Origin: Bdellovibrionota bacterium
Lineage (GTDB): Bacteria > Bdellovibrionota_C > UBA2361 > CALJRW01
NCBI GenBank assembly: GCA_041740355.1
Contig: JBGSMD010000016.1
Coordinates: 128,001 to 192,000, forward strand
Direction of reading: 5' to 3'
Length of the DNA: 64,000 bases
In this document: piece after piece, positions 42,064 to 53,100 of the stretch
Position numbering within the stretch: position 1 is the stretch's first letter
Layout of the letters: every line of letters begins with the position of its first letter
Made by a program: the position numbers and the translations under genes
Notes under the pieces: generated by a model
Databases searched by the model: none
What the model was told of the DNA's origin: nothing
Seen by the model: only the letters and a program-made list of their open reading frames with translations

Positions 42064-43020
42064 ATGAAAATCTTTCTAATCTCACTTCTATTACTTGTGA
42101 ATCTAAATATTGCAGCTGAGACAATAGTTCCAGAAGCATATAAGTCTCAGTTCAAACCCATATCAATTGATCCAAGTATTAATGATCCGAAACTACAAGA
42201 TAGAATAAAACTTGGGAAAAGACTCTACTTTGAAACAAAGCTTTCTCAAGCGGGCGACATCTCCTGTAATTCCTGTCATCAATTAGATAATTATGGAGTA
42301 GATGGAAAACAATTTTCAGAAGGACATAAGAAACAATTAGGCAATAGAAATTCACCAACTGTCATGAATGCCGGATTACACTTTTTACAATTTTGGGATG
42401 GTCGGGCAAAGAATGTCGAAGAGCAAGCCTTGGGTCCCATTATGAATCCAGTCGAAATGGCTATGAAATCAGAGAAACAAGTTGTCTCTCGAATTAAAGC
42501 TGATCAAACATATGTGGAACAATTTACTAAAGCATTTCCAATGGATAAAAATCCACTTAGCTTTCAAAATATTGGAAATGCAATTGGAGCCTTTGAAAGA
42601 ACATTAATTACCCCTTCAAAGTTCGATGAGTACCTTAAAGGTAATGAAAGCGCCTTAAGCGAAGAAGAAAAACGAGGTTTTGTAAAATTTGTGGAAAGTG
42701 GCTGTAGTAGTTGTCACAATGGCGTGGGACTTGGTGGTCAAATGTTCCAAAAACTTGGTTTAGTTAAACCTTATTTAACTAAAGATACTGGTCGAGCTGA
42801 AATCACTGGTAAAGAAGAAGATCGTTTTATGTTCAAAGTTCCAACTCTTCGGAATGTTGAGAAAACTAGTCCCTACTTTCATGATGGAAGTATCAAACAT
42901 TTGGATCAAGCAGTTCGATTGATGGCTCAGCATCAATTAGGAAGAGAATTAAGTGATAATGAGATAACAGATATTATAAAATTTCTTAACACATTAACCG
43001 GTGAGTTAGATAATAATTAG
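42064..43020 (+). CDS. Di-heme cytochrome c peroxidase
   Basis: CNSCH and CSSCH; RNSPTV, QFWDGRA, NPVEM, FKVPTLRNV, PYFHDG. Confidence 0.95.
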   Translation: MKIFLISLLLLVNLNIAAETIVPEAYKSQFKPISIDPSINDPKLQDRIKLGKRLYFETKLSQAGDISCNSCHQLDNYGVDGKQFSEGHKKQLGNRNSPTVMNAGLHFLQFWDGRAKNVEEQALGPIMNPVEMAMKSEKQVVSRIKADQTYVEQFTKAFPMDKNPLSFQNIGNAIGAFERTLITPSKFDEYLKGNESALSEEEKRGFVKFVESGCSSCHNGVGLGGQMFQKLGLVKPYLTKDTGRAEITGKEEDRFMFKVPTLRNVEKTSPYFHDGSIKHLDQAVRLMAQHQLGRELSDNEITDIIKFLNTLTGELDNN

Positions 43021-43084
43021 AATAGAAAGTCTATCAAGGACTTATACAAGGAAATTATTTTTTGGGCTTAAACTTCAAGTATTC

Positions 43085-43114
43085 AAAGACTGATTTTTAT
43101 AAAAATAAGTCTTT
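43085..43114. terminator. Palindrome between convergent peroxidase and arsA
   Basis: AAAGACTGATTTTTATAAAAATAAGTCTTT is near-perfect dyad symmetry. Confidence 0.4.
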
Positions 43115-43196
43115 ATAAACTTTTCAAAACTAAGTCTTACACTCGATGGGTTTTAGTATGAGCTTTTCTCCGTAAATAAGCATCTATATATCTAAC

Positions 43197-44990
43197 TCAT
43201 AATTTTAAAGTTTTTGTTGCCAGTTGTTCTAAGGCAACTGGACCAACAGGCTCTTCCGCTTGCCAAGGTAAGCAAGCAGTTCTAGTTGAAAGTTCTTTAA
43301 CTACTTCAACTATGTAACGATGCTCAGCTTCTTCTCGTTTTTGCAGAAGTGGATCACAAGATCCGCTATTTAGAAGACTCTGATTAATAACCCAAGCATA
43401 TGGCTCTATTCCTGCACGGCGTAAATCATCCTGTAGTCCAGAGGCCTCATGCACTGGGGTTGCTTCGGGAAGTGCGACTAGCAGTATATGAGTGAAGCTT
43501 GGATCTCTTAATCGTTCAAGAAGATGTAAAACTTCTTCCGGCTGAGTGCTACGAGCCTGCCGCTCAAGTTCCTTTTGATAGGCTTCGCTAGCATCAAGAA
43601 GTAATAATGTGTGACCTGTTGGCGCAGTATCTAAAACAACAAAGCGATCTGTTCCTTGTCCAACTTCACGCGCAAAAGCGCGAAACACAGCGATCTCTTC
43701 CGTGCATGGTGATCGCAAGTCTTCCTCTAGTAATGATCGTGCTGCTTGATCCATCTCGGCACTTTGTTTTTGTATTACTTCAACTTGGTAGGCAGTTGTC
43801 TCCGCAATTGGATCAATCTTGCTTAAAGTTAAACCTGCTACTTTACCAGCTAGAGTTTGTGCTAAATGCGCAGCAGGATCTGTCGTGCTTAAGTGAACAG
43901 AATGTCCACGATTGGCGAGAGTAACTGCAATTGCTGCCGCTATTGTGGTTTTACCTACGCCCCCTTTACCCATGGTCATAATAACACCATGTCCTAGTTT
44001 TTCCATACTAGCGACAAGAGTTTCTAAGCTTTCCATGGATGGAGGAGTCCACTTAACTAATTCACGTTTAGCTTCAGTAGCTAGCTCCTGATTAACTGAT
44101 AACAGTGCGCGTAGACCTTCAATTCCTAAAATATTGATCGCTCTGAGTGGCACTTGAAATGTTGGCATGCTTTCAATAAATTCCTTCGCGGAAGCAATGG
44201 CTGATTGCCCACGTTGCTGCATGGCTTGTGCGGTAAGATCTTCGGGGCAACTGGTTTCAAATATTCCATTTATAACTAAGCACTGATTACTTACTCCTAA
44301 TGTGCGGAGTTCATTGGAAGTCCGCTCGGCCTCACGTAGTGCCGCTCCTTGAGGTCTACTCACAAGAACAAGCGTTGTTGCTGTTGCATCCGATAGTGTT
44401 TTAACTGTATTTTCATAAATTACTCTTTGCTTTTCTAATCCAGCAAGAGGCCCAAGACAAGAAGTACCACTAGTACTATTATCTAGAAATTGATCCCAAG
44501 CTTTGGCTAGGCTCATTAACCTAAGAGTGTGACCCGTCGGTGCAGTATCAAAAATTACATGGTCATATAACTTAGTCGTTTCAGGATCTCCAATTAAACC
44601 GGAGAACTCATCGAAAGCTGCGATTTCGACTGTGCAAGAACCAGAGAGTTGTTCTTCCATACTGGCTAGCGCCGCAGCTGGAAGCAAACCCCTCATCGGT
44701 GCAATTAATTTTTCCCGATAAGCTGCTGCTGCCGCAACTGGATTAATATTAATTGCGTCAAGTCCTAGCGCACCTGCAATCACAGTTGGGATATTCGTTA
44801 ACTTGGTTTCTAGAACTTCATCTAGATTAGATGCTGGATCAGTACTCACTAATAAAACACGTTTGCCAGCTTCAACTAATTTAAGAGCAGTTGCACAGGA
44901 CAGTGAAGTCTTACCCACTCCGCCCTTGCCTGTAAAAAATAAGTAGCGGGAAGTTTTAGCAGAGTCTGGTTGATAAAATTGAATATTCAT
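43197..44990 (-). CDS. arsA: Arsenical pump-driving ATPase ArsA
   Basis: Two GKGGVGKT P-loops and two DTAPTGHT motifs; probable start MNIQF at 44990, just after arsD. Confidence 0.96.
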   Translation of the reverse strand: MNIQFYQPDSAKTSRYLFFTGKGGVGKTSLSCATALKLVEAGKRVLLVSTDPASNLDEVLETKLTNIPTVIAGALGLDAININPVAAAAAYREKLIAPMRGLLPAAALASMEEQLSGSCTVEIAAFDEFSGLIGDPETTKLYDHVIFDTAPTGHTLRLMSLAKAWDQFLDNSTSGTSCLGPLAGLEKQRVIYENTVKTLSDATATTLVLVSRPQGAALREAERTSNELRTLGVSNQCLVINGIFETSCPEDLTAQAMQQRGQSAIASAKEFIESMPTFQVPLRAINILGIEGLRALLSVNQELATEAKRELVKWTPPSMESLETLVASMEKLGHGVIMTMGKGGVGKTTIAAAIAVTLANRGHSVHLSTTDPAAHLAQTLAGKVAGLTLSKIDPIAETTAYQVEVIQKQSAEMDQAARSLLEEDLRSPCTEEIAVFRAFAREVGQGTDRFVVLDTAPTGHTLLLLDASEAYQKELERQARSTQPEEVLHLLERLRDPSFTHILLVALPEATPVHEASGLQDDLRRAGIEPYAWVINQSLLNSGSCDPLLQKREEAEHRYIVEVVKELSTRTACLPWQAEEPVGPVALEQLATKTLKL

Positions 44991-44994
44991 ATCA

Positions 44995-45318
44995 TTACTT
45001 TTCATCCTCTGCCAAAGCTGCCCGAGAAAAAGCTGGGCGCTCAATCCCAGTTGGATAACGACCTGTTAAATATATCTGACCATCAATAAATATAGCAGGG
45101 AGTGCATCAGTGCCTTCCTTTTCCAACAGTTCTTTAACTGCTATATTTTGCGCAAAGGCCATTGCCTGTTGAGTCAAATTAAAGCGTTCCACCTTGACCC
45201 CTTGCTCAGCTAACTTTGATAAGGTCGACGCGAAGTTAACAAGGTCGGGATTAATTTCCGTTCCACATACTCCGGTAGCACAACACATTGGCGGGTCATA
45301 TACTTGAATTGTTTTCAT
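44995..45318 (-). CDS. arsD: Arsenite metallochaperone ArsD
   Basis: YDPPMCCATGVCG, VERFNL, GRYPT. Confidence 0.96.
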   Translation of the reverse strand: MKTIQVYDPPMCCATGVCGTEINPDLVNFASTLSKLAEQGVKVERFNLTQQAMAFAQNIAVKELLEKEGTDALPAIFIDGQIYLTGRYPTGIERPAFSRAALAEDEK

Positions 45319-45333
45319 TTTAACTTTTCCTAA

Positions 45334-46440
45334 TTAAATTATATTTTGTTTAAAAAACTTTTCTTTAAATAATAATGATACTTTGACTAAGCCCATTAGT
45401 ACGGGAACTTCGACTAAGGGACCAATAACTGCGGCAAAAGCTGCTCCAGAATTGATTCCAAAAACACCGATTGCGACTGCAATTGCTAATTCGAAATTAT
45501 TACTGGCTGCGGTGAAACTTAAGGTTGCAGCTTTGTCATAGTTAGCTCCTGCTTTGTAGCTTAGGTAAAAGGAGACTAAGAACATAACGACAAAATAGAC
45601 TAGCAGTGGAACTGCAATTCGCATCACACCAAATGGTAGGGCAATTATGTATTCGCCTTTAAGAGAAAACATAACCACAATTGTAAAAAGTAGTGCAATT
45701 AATGTTAGCGGACTAATCATGGGTATGAATTTTGTTTGATACCATTCTATGCCTTTTTTTCTAACTAGAAAAAAGCGCGAAGCCATTCCAGCTAAAAAGG
45801 GAATTCCTAAGTAAATAAAAACACTTTTGGCAATTTCAGCAATTGTAATACTTGATAGATCAACTGATTCAAAATCGAAACCAAATAGCGGCGGTAAGAT
45901 TTTTATAAAAACATAAGCAAAGACTGAAAAGAAAAGAACTTGAAAAATGGAATTAAAAGCAACAAGTCCCGCCGCATAATCTGAATCCCCTTTAGCCAAA
46001 TCATTCCAAACAAGTACCATAGCAATGCAACGAGCTAGGCCAATCATTATTAGTCCAATGGCGTATTCTGGTTTATCACTTAAGAAAAGTAATGCCAGCA
46101 CAAACATTAAGAGCGGGCCAATTATCCAATTCTGAATTAAACTCAGACCTAATATTTTCCAATCCTTAAATACTCTAGGCAACTCTTCATATCTCACCTT
46201 GGCAAGAGGCGGATACATCATCACAATTAGCCCTAGGGCAATTGGAATTGAAGTAGTTCCTACAGAAAGTGAAGTAAGCAGAGTAACAGCTGATGGAGCA
46301 AAGAAGCCAATTCCTATCCCCACTCCCATAGCAAGGAATATCCAAAGTGTAAGCCAACGATCTAGAAAGGAAAGTTTCCCTAATGCGCTAGGGCATAAGA
46401 CGGAGTCACAGGATAAACTCTGCTTGAGATTCTTGTTCAT
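45334..46440 (-). CDS. acr3: Arsenite efflux permease Acr3
   Basis: [40 protein letters not shown]. Confidence 0.96.
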   Translation of the reverse strand: MNKNLKQSLSCDSVLCPSALGKLSFLDRWLTLWIFLAMGVGIGIGFFAPSAVTLLTSLSVGTTSIPIALGLIVMMYPPLAKVRYEELPRVFKDWKILGLSLIQNWIIGPLLMFVLALLFLSDKPEYAIGLIMIGLARCIAMVLVWNDLAKGDSDYAAGLVAFNSIFQVLFFSVFAYVFIKILPPLFGFDFESVDLSSITIAEIAKSVFIYLGIPFLAGMASRFFLVRKKGIEWYQTKFIPMISPLTLIALLFTIVVMFSLKGEYIIALPFGVMRIAVPLLVYFVVMFLVSFYLSYKAGANYDKAATLSFTAASNNFELAIAVAIGVFGINSGAAFAAVIGPLVEVPVLMGLVKVSLLFKEKFFKQNII

Positions 46441-46895
46441 AAAAATCTCTGATCAAGTAAAGCTTCCGGTAGTGTTTTAACATATTCTTTAATCTCATCT
46501 CTCACTCTTCGGTAATGAGGAAGTGCTTCATCCTCAGATTTAGCTCCTTCTGCGAGCTTGGGCGGATCTTCAAATCCAGCATGTAACTTCTTTGTCAGAC
46601 CTGGCAGAATTGGACAGGCTTCACTTGCTGCATCACAAACTGTCACTACATAATCAAAGTTGACCCCAATTAGTGAATTAATATGCTTTGAAGTTTGTTT
46701 TGTAAGATCAATTCCAACTTCTGCCATCACTTTAACAGCTAAAGGATTAATAGCTTGAGGAGTTGTTCCCGCTGAGTAAGGTTCAATCCTTTCTCCCTTA
46801 AGTTCTCTAGCCCAACCTTCAGCCATCTGACTTCGACAAGAATTTCCAGTACACAGAAAAAGAATTTTTATTTTTACTTCTGAGTTAAGTGTCAT
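46437..46895 (-). CDS. arsC: Thioredoxin-type arsenate reductase ArsC (LMWP family)
   Basis: [17 protein letters not shown]...CP, FEDP. Confidence 0.95.
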   Translation of the reverse strand: MTLNSEVKIKILFLCTGNSCRSQMAEGWARELKGERIEPYSAGTTPQAINPLAVKVMAEVGIDLTKQTSKHINSLIGVNFDYVVTVCDAASEACPILPGLTKKLHAGFEDPPKLAEGAKSEDEALPHYRRVRDEIKEYVKTLPEALLDQRFL

Positions 46896-47281
46896 TTATT
46901 TTTCCTTTTTCTTATTGGAATGAGTTTTGTGTTGCCTAACGAACAATCTTCAAAGGCCTGGGCTAAATTTTTAAGTACTGTTGTAACTGCTTCATATCTG
47001 ACTTTGTAAAATACAGTTCGACCCTCCTTGTAAGATTCTACAATATTTGCAGTTGCAAGTATCGATAGGTGTCTGGAAACTACTGAAAAATCAACATGGC
47101 AACACTCAGCTAATTCTGATACGGAGCAAGCTCGACCACATTTTGCTAAGCAAGCAAGAAGTTTATTTCTAGTAGGATCACTTAGAGCCCGAAAGAGCGC
47201 TACGGCTAAAAGTTCGTCAATCTCCCCAGTAAGGGAAGCAGCTACTTTGGGGGAATCTGGTTTTTTGCATGTTTGCACCAT
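46892..47281 (-). CDS. arsR: ArsR/SmtB repressor
   Basis: FRALSDPTR, ELAECC, VSRHL, EGRTVFY; first gene of the ars operon. Confidence 0.9.
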   Translation of the reverse strand: MVQTCKKPDSPKVAASLTGEIDELLAVALFRALSDPTRNKLLACLAKCGRACSVSELAECCHVDFSVVSRHLSILATANIVESYKEGRTVFYKVRYEAVTTVLKNLAQAFEDCSLGNTKLIPIRKRKNK

Positions 47282-47388
47282 AATGCAAGTATTACTAACA
47301 AATTCTTAAATGTCAATTAATATTTAATTTTATCTGCGATATTTATTGTGTTGGTGCTTACTAAACACAAAATTATTTACTGGCGCAG

Positions 47389-49812
47389 TTAGGCATCAGA
47401 TTTGGCAAGTATTTGATCAAATAGATCTTGAAATTCCTTAACTGGCTTTGCCCCTTTAACTAGCTGCCCATTTATTAAAAACATTGGCGTACCATTAATA
47501 CCGGCAATTTCCCCCTTCTCAACATTATCTTTAATCTGTTTAATTTTTACTTTACTTTCAACACATGTACGAAAATCCTGCAGATCTAATCCTAGCACTT
47601 CAGCATAGTCATAAATCTTGGACTGATTGCTGTTTTTCATGTCGGAGTATAACTTATTAGCATACTCGAGGTATTTACTTTGATCTCCTGCGCATAATGT
47701 TGCATTAGCCAAGGTAATCTCTGGTTCTCGCATGATTAAAGGATAATCTAAGAATTTAAATTCCACTAAGCCTTTTTCCACATACTCTTTTGTTAATGTG
47801 GGTAAGGTATCAAAGAACCAATACTTACACATTCCACATTTTAGATCATGGAATACTTCTACTTTAATTACTGCCTCTGGGTCTCCAAGTGAAGATCCTT
47901 TGGCGTAGATTGATTTCTTAGTCAGTTTTATAATATCCACACTAGCCCTAATGCTGTCAGGTATAGTTATAGGCTCATCGTACGATATACCGTAAAAAGG
48001 ATGAGGGGGCCTCCTAGTTGGACTTGGGCTCGGATCTGGACTTGGATCCTCTTCAAGGCAATCTGAATGATCCTCGCAAGTATCTTCCCCCTCACCCTCT
48101 GTCTGATGACAATATTCGCCATCACATTCTTTGTGCCCGCATTCAGAATCTGACGTGCACTGATCAGATTCTTTGCCAGCTACTTGTGTACAATATCCGC
48201 TATTGCAGGCGGCATAAGTACAATCTGTGGATTGTGCACATTCATCCTCACCTTCTCCACTCTCAAGTGTGCAATATATACCTTCGCAAATACGGTGTGA
48301 ACAATCATCGCTTGAACTGCAAGTATCTGTTCCAGAACCTGAAACTTGTTTGCAAGTTCCATTACTATTACATTCCTTATGACCACATTCACTATTTGAA
48401 GTACATTCATCTTCCTCTGTTCCAGCAGTGTATTCACAATATCCACTTTCATTACAGGCCTTATAGATGCAATCCATGCTAGTCTCACAGCTGTCTTGTC
48501 CCTTACCAGGAGTTGGCATACAAGTTTGATCATGACATTCTAGATGAGAACAGTCATCATCTGTGGAACAGTTGTCAACGCCAGGGCCATTAAAAGTCTC
48601 GCAGGTGTTAACATCACAGCTCTTATACTGATGTTCGCAATCAGTATCTATCGTACATTCATCCTCTCCAGCTTCATCTTTTTGAACGCAATATCCATCA
48701 GGATCACATTCCTTGTGCTTACAATCTGTATCGCTGGTACAAGTGTCGGATCCAGAACCTGAAACTTGTTTGCAGATTCCATTACTATTACATTCTTTAT
48801 GCCCACATTCAGAATCGCTAGTACAGGTATCATCTCCCTCTCCCGATACTCTGGCGCAGATGCCATCACTGTTACAGTCTTTATGATGACTGCAATCTTC
48901 AGGTCCAGAACACTGATCCAAGCCTGGAGTTCTAATCACTTTACAAAATCCTTCAGCATCACATTCATTATGCCGACGACAATTTGAATTGTCGGCACAT
49001 TGATCTGTTCCGGCACCCTGCACCGCTTCGCAGAGATTACCATTGCATGCTAAATGAGTATTTGAAGAATTTTTCGTATAAATCGCAGGATCTTCCGGCA
49101 GGTCTTCAGCATTATCTAAGAAACCTGTTTCAATCTCCGTATTTGAAATGTCGCCGTTCTCAGCATTAACAGGAGTCAAGGGGACCTCAATAGCATTTTT
49201 GATGGGTAAGCCATCTTTATCAAAAAACACTATTATAACTGACTCGATTCCCAAGTTAGGATTGATACTATTAGCAGAAAACTCACTTCCAAATTTGATC
49301 TCGATATCTTGATCCTTTTTCTCAATGAACTTCTGGTCGGCAATGCTTTTAATATTTTCTATTTGAAAATAATCTGGATGATTAAAGTTATATAATAACT
49401 CAGCTCTAGCTTCGGGATTTACTATTCCATACACCTTAGCCTCTTGTGTCAGTCTAATTTTCGAATACTTGTTAAAAATCTTAAATTTACCTGTACTCGG
49501 GATTTTTTTTAAAACATAAATCTTAGCAGATGGGCTAGTTTTTAAGATCTTCCCAGTGTATTTTTTTAACATCTTAGCGACTAAGACTCTCTGTTTTAAA
49601 TTTGTAAGATTTTGATCAAAGGCTTTAAAGCTTTTTGCTCCTTCCGGGAACTTAACAATCGCCGGGCTAGTTTGGTAATTTATAGAGTTTAAACTTAAAT
49701 TTTTAGGAAAGGAGTCGCGTTTTAGTAGGGTGCGCAAAGTCGGTATACCGACTAAGGAGATTAAAATTAGAAATATTAGGAGGAGGATAGAAATTTGAAT
49801 TATTTTTTTCAT
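47389..49812 (-). CDS. Membrane-anchored protein with a long Cys-rich repeat array and C-terminal DsbA-like domain
   Basis: N-terminal TM; about a dozen ~27-28-aa 4-Cys repeats (HKECxxxGxCxQVxGxGxDxCxxxxxC); PSPDPSPSP linker; CGMC active site and GTP cis-Pro loop. Confidence 0.88.
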   Translation of the reverse strand: MKKIIQISILLLIFLILISLVGIPTLRTLLKRDSFPKNLSLNSINYQTSPAIVKFPEGAKSFKAFDQNLTNLKQRVLVAKMLKKYTGKILKTSPSAKIYVLKKIPSTGKFKIFNKYSKIRLTQEAKVYGIVNPEARAELLYNFNHPDYFQIENIKSIADQKFIEKKDQDIEIKFGSEFSANSINPNLGIESVIIVFFDKDGLPIKNAIEVPLTPVNAENGDISNTEIETGFLDNAEDLPEDPAIYTKNSSNTHLACNGNLCEAVQGAGTDQCADNSNCRRHNECDAEGFCKVIRTPGLDQCSGPEDCSHHKDCNSDGICARVSGEGDDTCTSDSECGHKECNSNGICKQVSGSGSDTCTSDTDCKHKECDPDGYCVQKDEAGEDECTIDTDCEHQYKSCDVNTCETFNGPGVDNCSTDDDCSHLECHDQTCMPTPGKGQDSCETSMDCIYKACNESGYCEYTAGTEEDECTSNSECGHKECNSNGTCKQVSGSGTDTCSSSDDCSHRICEGIYCTLESGEGEDECAQSTDCTYAACNSGYCTQVAGKESDQCTSDSECGHKECDGEYCHQTEGEGEDTCEDHSDCLEEDPSPDPSPSPTRRPPHPFYGISYDEPITIPDSIRASVDIIKLTKKSIYAKGSSLGDPEAVIKVEVFHDLKCGMCKYWFFDTLPTLTKEYVEKGLVEFKFLDYPLIMREPEITLANATLCAGDQSKYLEYANKLYSDMKNSNQSKIYDYAEVLGLDLQDFRTCVESKVKIKQIKDNVEKGEIAGINGTPMFLINGQLVKGAKPVKEFQDLFDQILAKSDA

Positions 49813-49820
49813 ATAATTTT

Positions 49821-49856
49821 AGTTAAGACTAGTTAAGACTAATATTAGTCTAACTA
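49821..49856. promoter_or_regulatory. Direct repeat plus perfect 16-bp palindrome (possible operator)
   Basis: AGTTAAGACT twice, overlapping AGACTAATATTAGTCT (49836-49851), immediately upstream of the DsbA-like gene. Confidence 0.35.
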
Positions 49857-50102
49857 TCTGACTAGTCAAAAAAGCTAGTTGAGCGTTCTTGGGAGGATCT
49901 ATCTTAAAATGGTACAATATTAGTTATGCTAGCCAATATGGTAAATGTGATTTTGAAGTGTTTTTCAGTCAGAAACATCTTTAATTTCACTTAAAGAGCA
50001 GGAGTTTATATCCAACGCTAAGCTAATTTTTTGAAATAAATAGATTATTAAAATTTTTTTAACTAATAATATCATAGACAATAAGTAAAACTACCGTACC
50101 GC

Positions 50103-53100
50103 CTAATGTACTTTCACACACTTTGTTTTTGTTCGATTAGCTTTAGTGCCTTCTTTACAGATCTTACATTTATTAGCGCCTGATTTTTTAGTAACACTTC
50201 CTTTCGGACAAGCTAAACAAGAGCTCGCACCCAAAGTAGGCGAATAGCTACCAGGGAAACATTTAGAGCAGGTAACAGATCCAAGGTTAGAACTAAATTC
50301 TCCAAGCGGGCATTGTAAACAACTAGCCCCGCCAGTTGAACTATACTGACCAAGGGGACAGGCGATACAATTATTACTGCCTTCAAATGCGGCAAAGGAT
50401 CCGGGAGAACACTCCGTGCAACTACTCTGACCAGCAGTACTTGAAAATGTTCCAACTTCGCAATCCTTACAACTGGTTCCAGGAGAAGTGTCAGAATAAG
50501 ATCCTTTAGTACAAGGAATACATTCACGCGCACCTGCTAAACTATAGGAACCAAACGGACACGGCAAACAGGAGGAAGCTGCAGCATTTGCTTGAAAATA
50601 TCCGGCGGGACAATCTTGACAGTTACTAGATCCTACCAAACTAAATGTTCCTGCTGGGCATGTGCTACAACTAGATAATCTGGAATTTTCTGCGAACGCT
50701 CCTGCCGGACAAGCTTCACATACCGAAGATCCTTCTGCAACGCTTACTGTTCCAGGAATACAGTCATTACAGGCAGATGCTCCCGATTCAGATTTAAAAC
50801 TTCCGGCAGCACAACTCTTACATGAATCAGCATCAGCGTTATCATTATAGAATCCTGAAGGACATGAAAGACATGCTGTTCGGTCTGGACTTCTGTATTT
50901 TCCACGTCCACAACTTAAGCAATTAGTAAATCCATTGGCACTAATCTGTCCTTCAGGACAATCAAGACAATTTAACATTCCAGTTGCATTAGCATAGGTT
51001 CCGGCAGTACAGCTTTGGCACGATGTTTGTCCAATATTATAATTGAAATTACCAACAGCACATGGCTCACAATTACTAGCAGAATTATTACTACTAAACG
51101 TTCCTCCTGGACATGACTGACAGCTAGCGGATCCAGAAATACTAAAAGTTCCTGCTAAACAATCAGTGCATACGAGATCCCCCAATGCGGCAAACTTACC
51201 AGCAGGACAGGCAGAACAAATTCCAGAAATTTCGATTGTACCTTCGGGGCAAGGATTACAAATGGACGATCCCTCAAAACTGGAGGTGCCATCGGAGCAT
51301 GGGAGACAAGCACTCGAACCTGCTATTGAAGAATAGGTCCCTTCTGGACAAGGAGTACAAATTCCTGCCCCTTGATCACTATAAGTACCTGGTGAACAAG
51401 GAGTGCAAGTTGCATCACCTGCATTACTAAATGTTCCAGCAATACACGCAGAACAAGAACTCGAACTTGGATTAGAAAAACTTCCTGCTGAGCAGATAGT
51501 ACATTCAGAAGCATTTGCTCCAGAGTATTTACCAGCCGGACAGCTTAGACATTCACTTAACCCAGCCTCACTACTATATTTACCAGGGGCACAGTTAGTA
51601 CAAATCGCCGAACCAGGTGTGTCGTTATATTTTCCAGCAGGACAATCACTACAACTTGAATCACCTTCAGCACTTATTGTTCCAATTGGACAATTGGTAC
51701 ATGAACTTGATGCCGTGGCACTGAATTTACCAGCTGGGCATGCACTGCATAGACTTGATCCACTACTAGCAAATGTACCTCCTAAACAATTAGTGCAGGC
51801 GCTAGCACCTGCAGTACTAATCATTCCTCCAGCACATGGCTGACAAACTCCCGAAGCTTCTTCACTAAATGTTCCAGCTAAACACTGCTCACAAGTTGAA
51901 CTTCCAACAGTTGAGAAATATCCGGCGTTGCAATTTACACAGGACGCTTCGCCAACATTTTCACTTTTAGTTCCAGCAGGACATAGCGAACAAGAATCGG
52001 AACCAATAGTACTATAACTACCACTGGCACATTGACTACATACGGAATCACCACTTGCGGAGTAAGTTCCAGCAACACAACTAGAGCAGCTGCTAGCACC
52101 ATCAGTACTTATTTTACCCGCAGGGCAATTAGTACAAGAAGCTGCGGATGCTGAACTGAATGTTCCTGCCACACATTGACTACAAACGGAATCTCCATTT
52201 GTGGAGTAAGTGCCAGCAAGACAATCAGTACAAGTGCTAGCACCGACTGTACTAATTTTACCTGCAGGGCAATTAGTACAGGAACCTGCGGCAGCGGAAC
52301 TAAATGTTCCAGCAGCACATTGTGAACATATAGAATCTCCACTTGAAGAATATGTTCCAGCAAGACAATTAGTGCATAAGCTAGCACCAGCAGTACTAAT
52401 TTTACCAGCGGGACAATTAGTACAAGAAGTTGCTGCTGCCGAACTAAACGACCCTGCAACACATTGACTACAACTGGAATCGCCTGAAGTTGAAAAAGTT
52501 CCAGCTAAACAGTTTGTGCATAAATTCGATCCTTCGGGACTTGTAGTTCCTGCCGGGCAATTGTAACAATATGTAGATCCACTAGCACTATTAAATTTAC
52601 CGGCAGGACAAGGGTCGCATGAAGTTAAACCTGTTCCTAAATTAAATTCACCTGCTGGACAAGGAGTACATTCCTCTGCTCCATATGCGTCACTAAATTT
52701 TCCTTGCGGGCAAAGTAAACATTCATTTGCTGCCTCTAATGGAGCATAACTTCCCTCAGCACAGAAGGCACATGCCGTTGCGCCGGAAGTACTAGTAAAA
52801 CTTCCTTTAACACAAGGTTCACAAATTCTAGCATCGGGTGTTTTGGCAAATCCTTCTGGGCAAGGAGCTGCTAATGTACAACTTAATAATCCCGGACCAT
52901 CTGAATTAATTAACGATGCTGATAATTTCCCACACCTTCCTGTTGTTGCACCGCAATCTATATCTAAAGTACAAGAATCTCCTAAATTAGATACTCCACT
53001 AACTGCAATACAAGTATTATGCTTATCCTGTATATCAATAAGTATTCGATCCACAAGTGGAAAGGACTCTTTTACTACTGCATTGGAGAGACAAGTAAAA

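Noticed and set aside
44991-45044. N-terminal extension of ArsA in the ORF track
   Set aside because: It overlaps arsD; the ATG at 44990 fits the operon spacing better.
48331-48810. Near-identical intragenic repeats as DGR TR/VR or CRISPR
   Set aside because: In-frame protein repeats with mostly synonymous differences that are not adenine-specific.
52105-52500. 144-bp periodic repeats as a CRISPR array
   Set aside because: Coding Cys-repeat units whose 'spacers' are homologous to each other; no cas genes.
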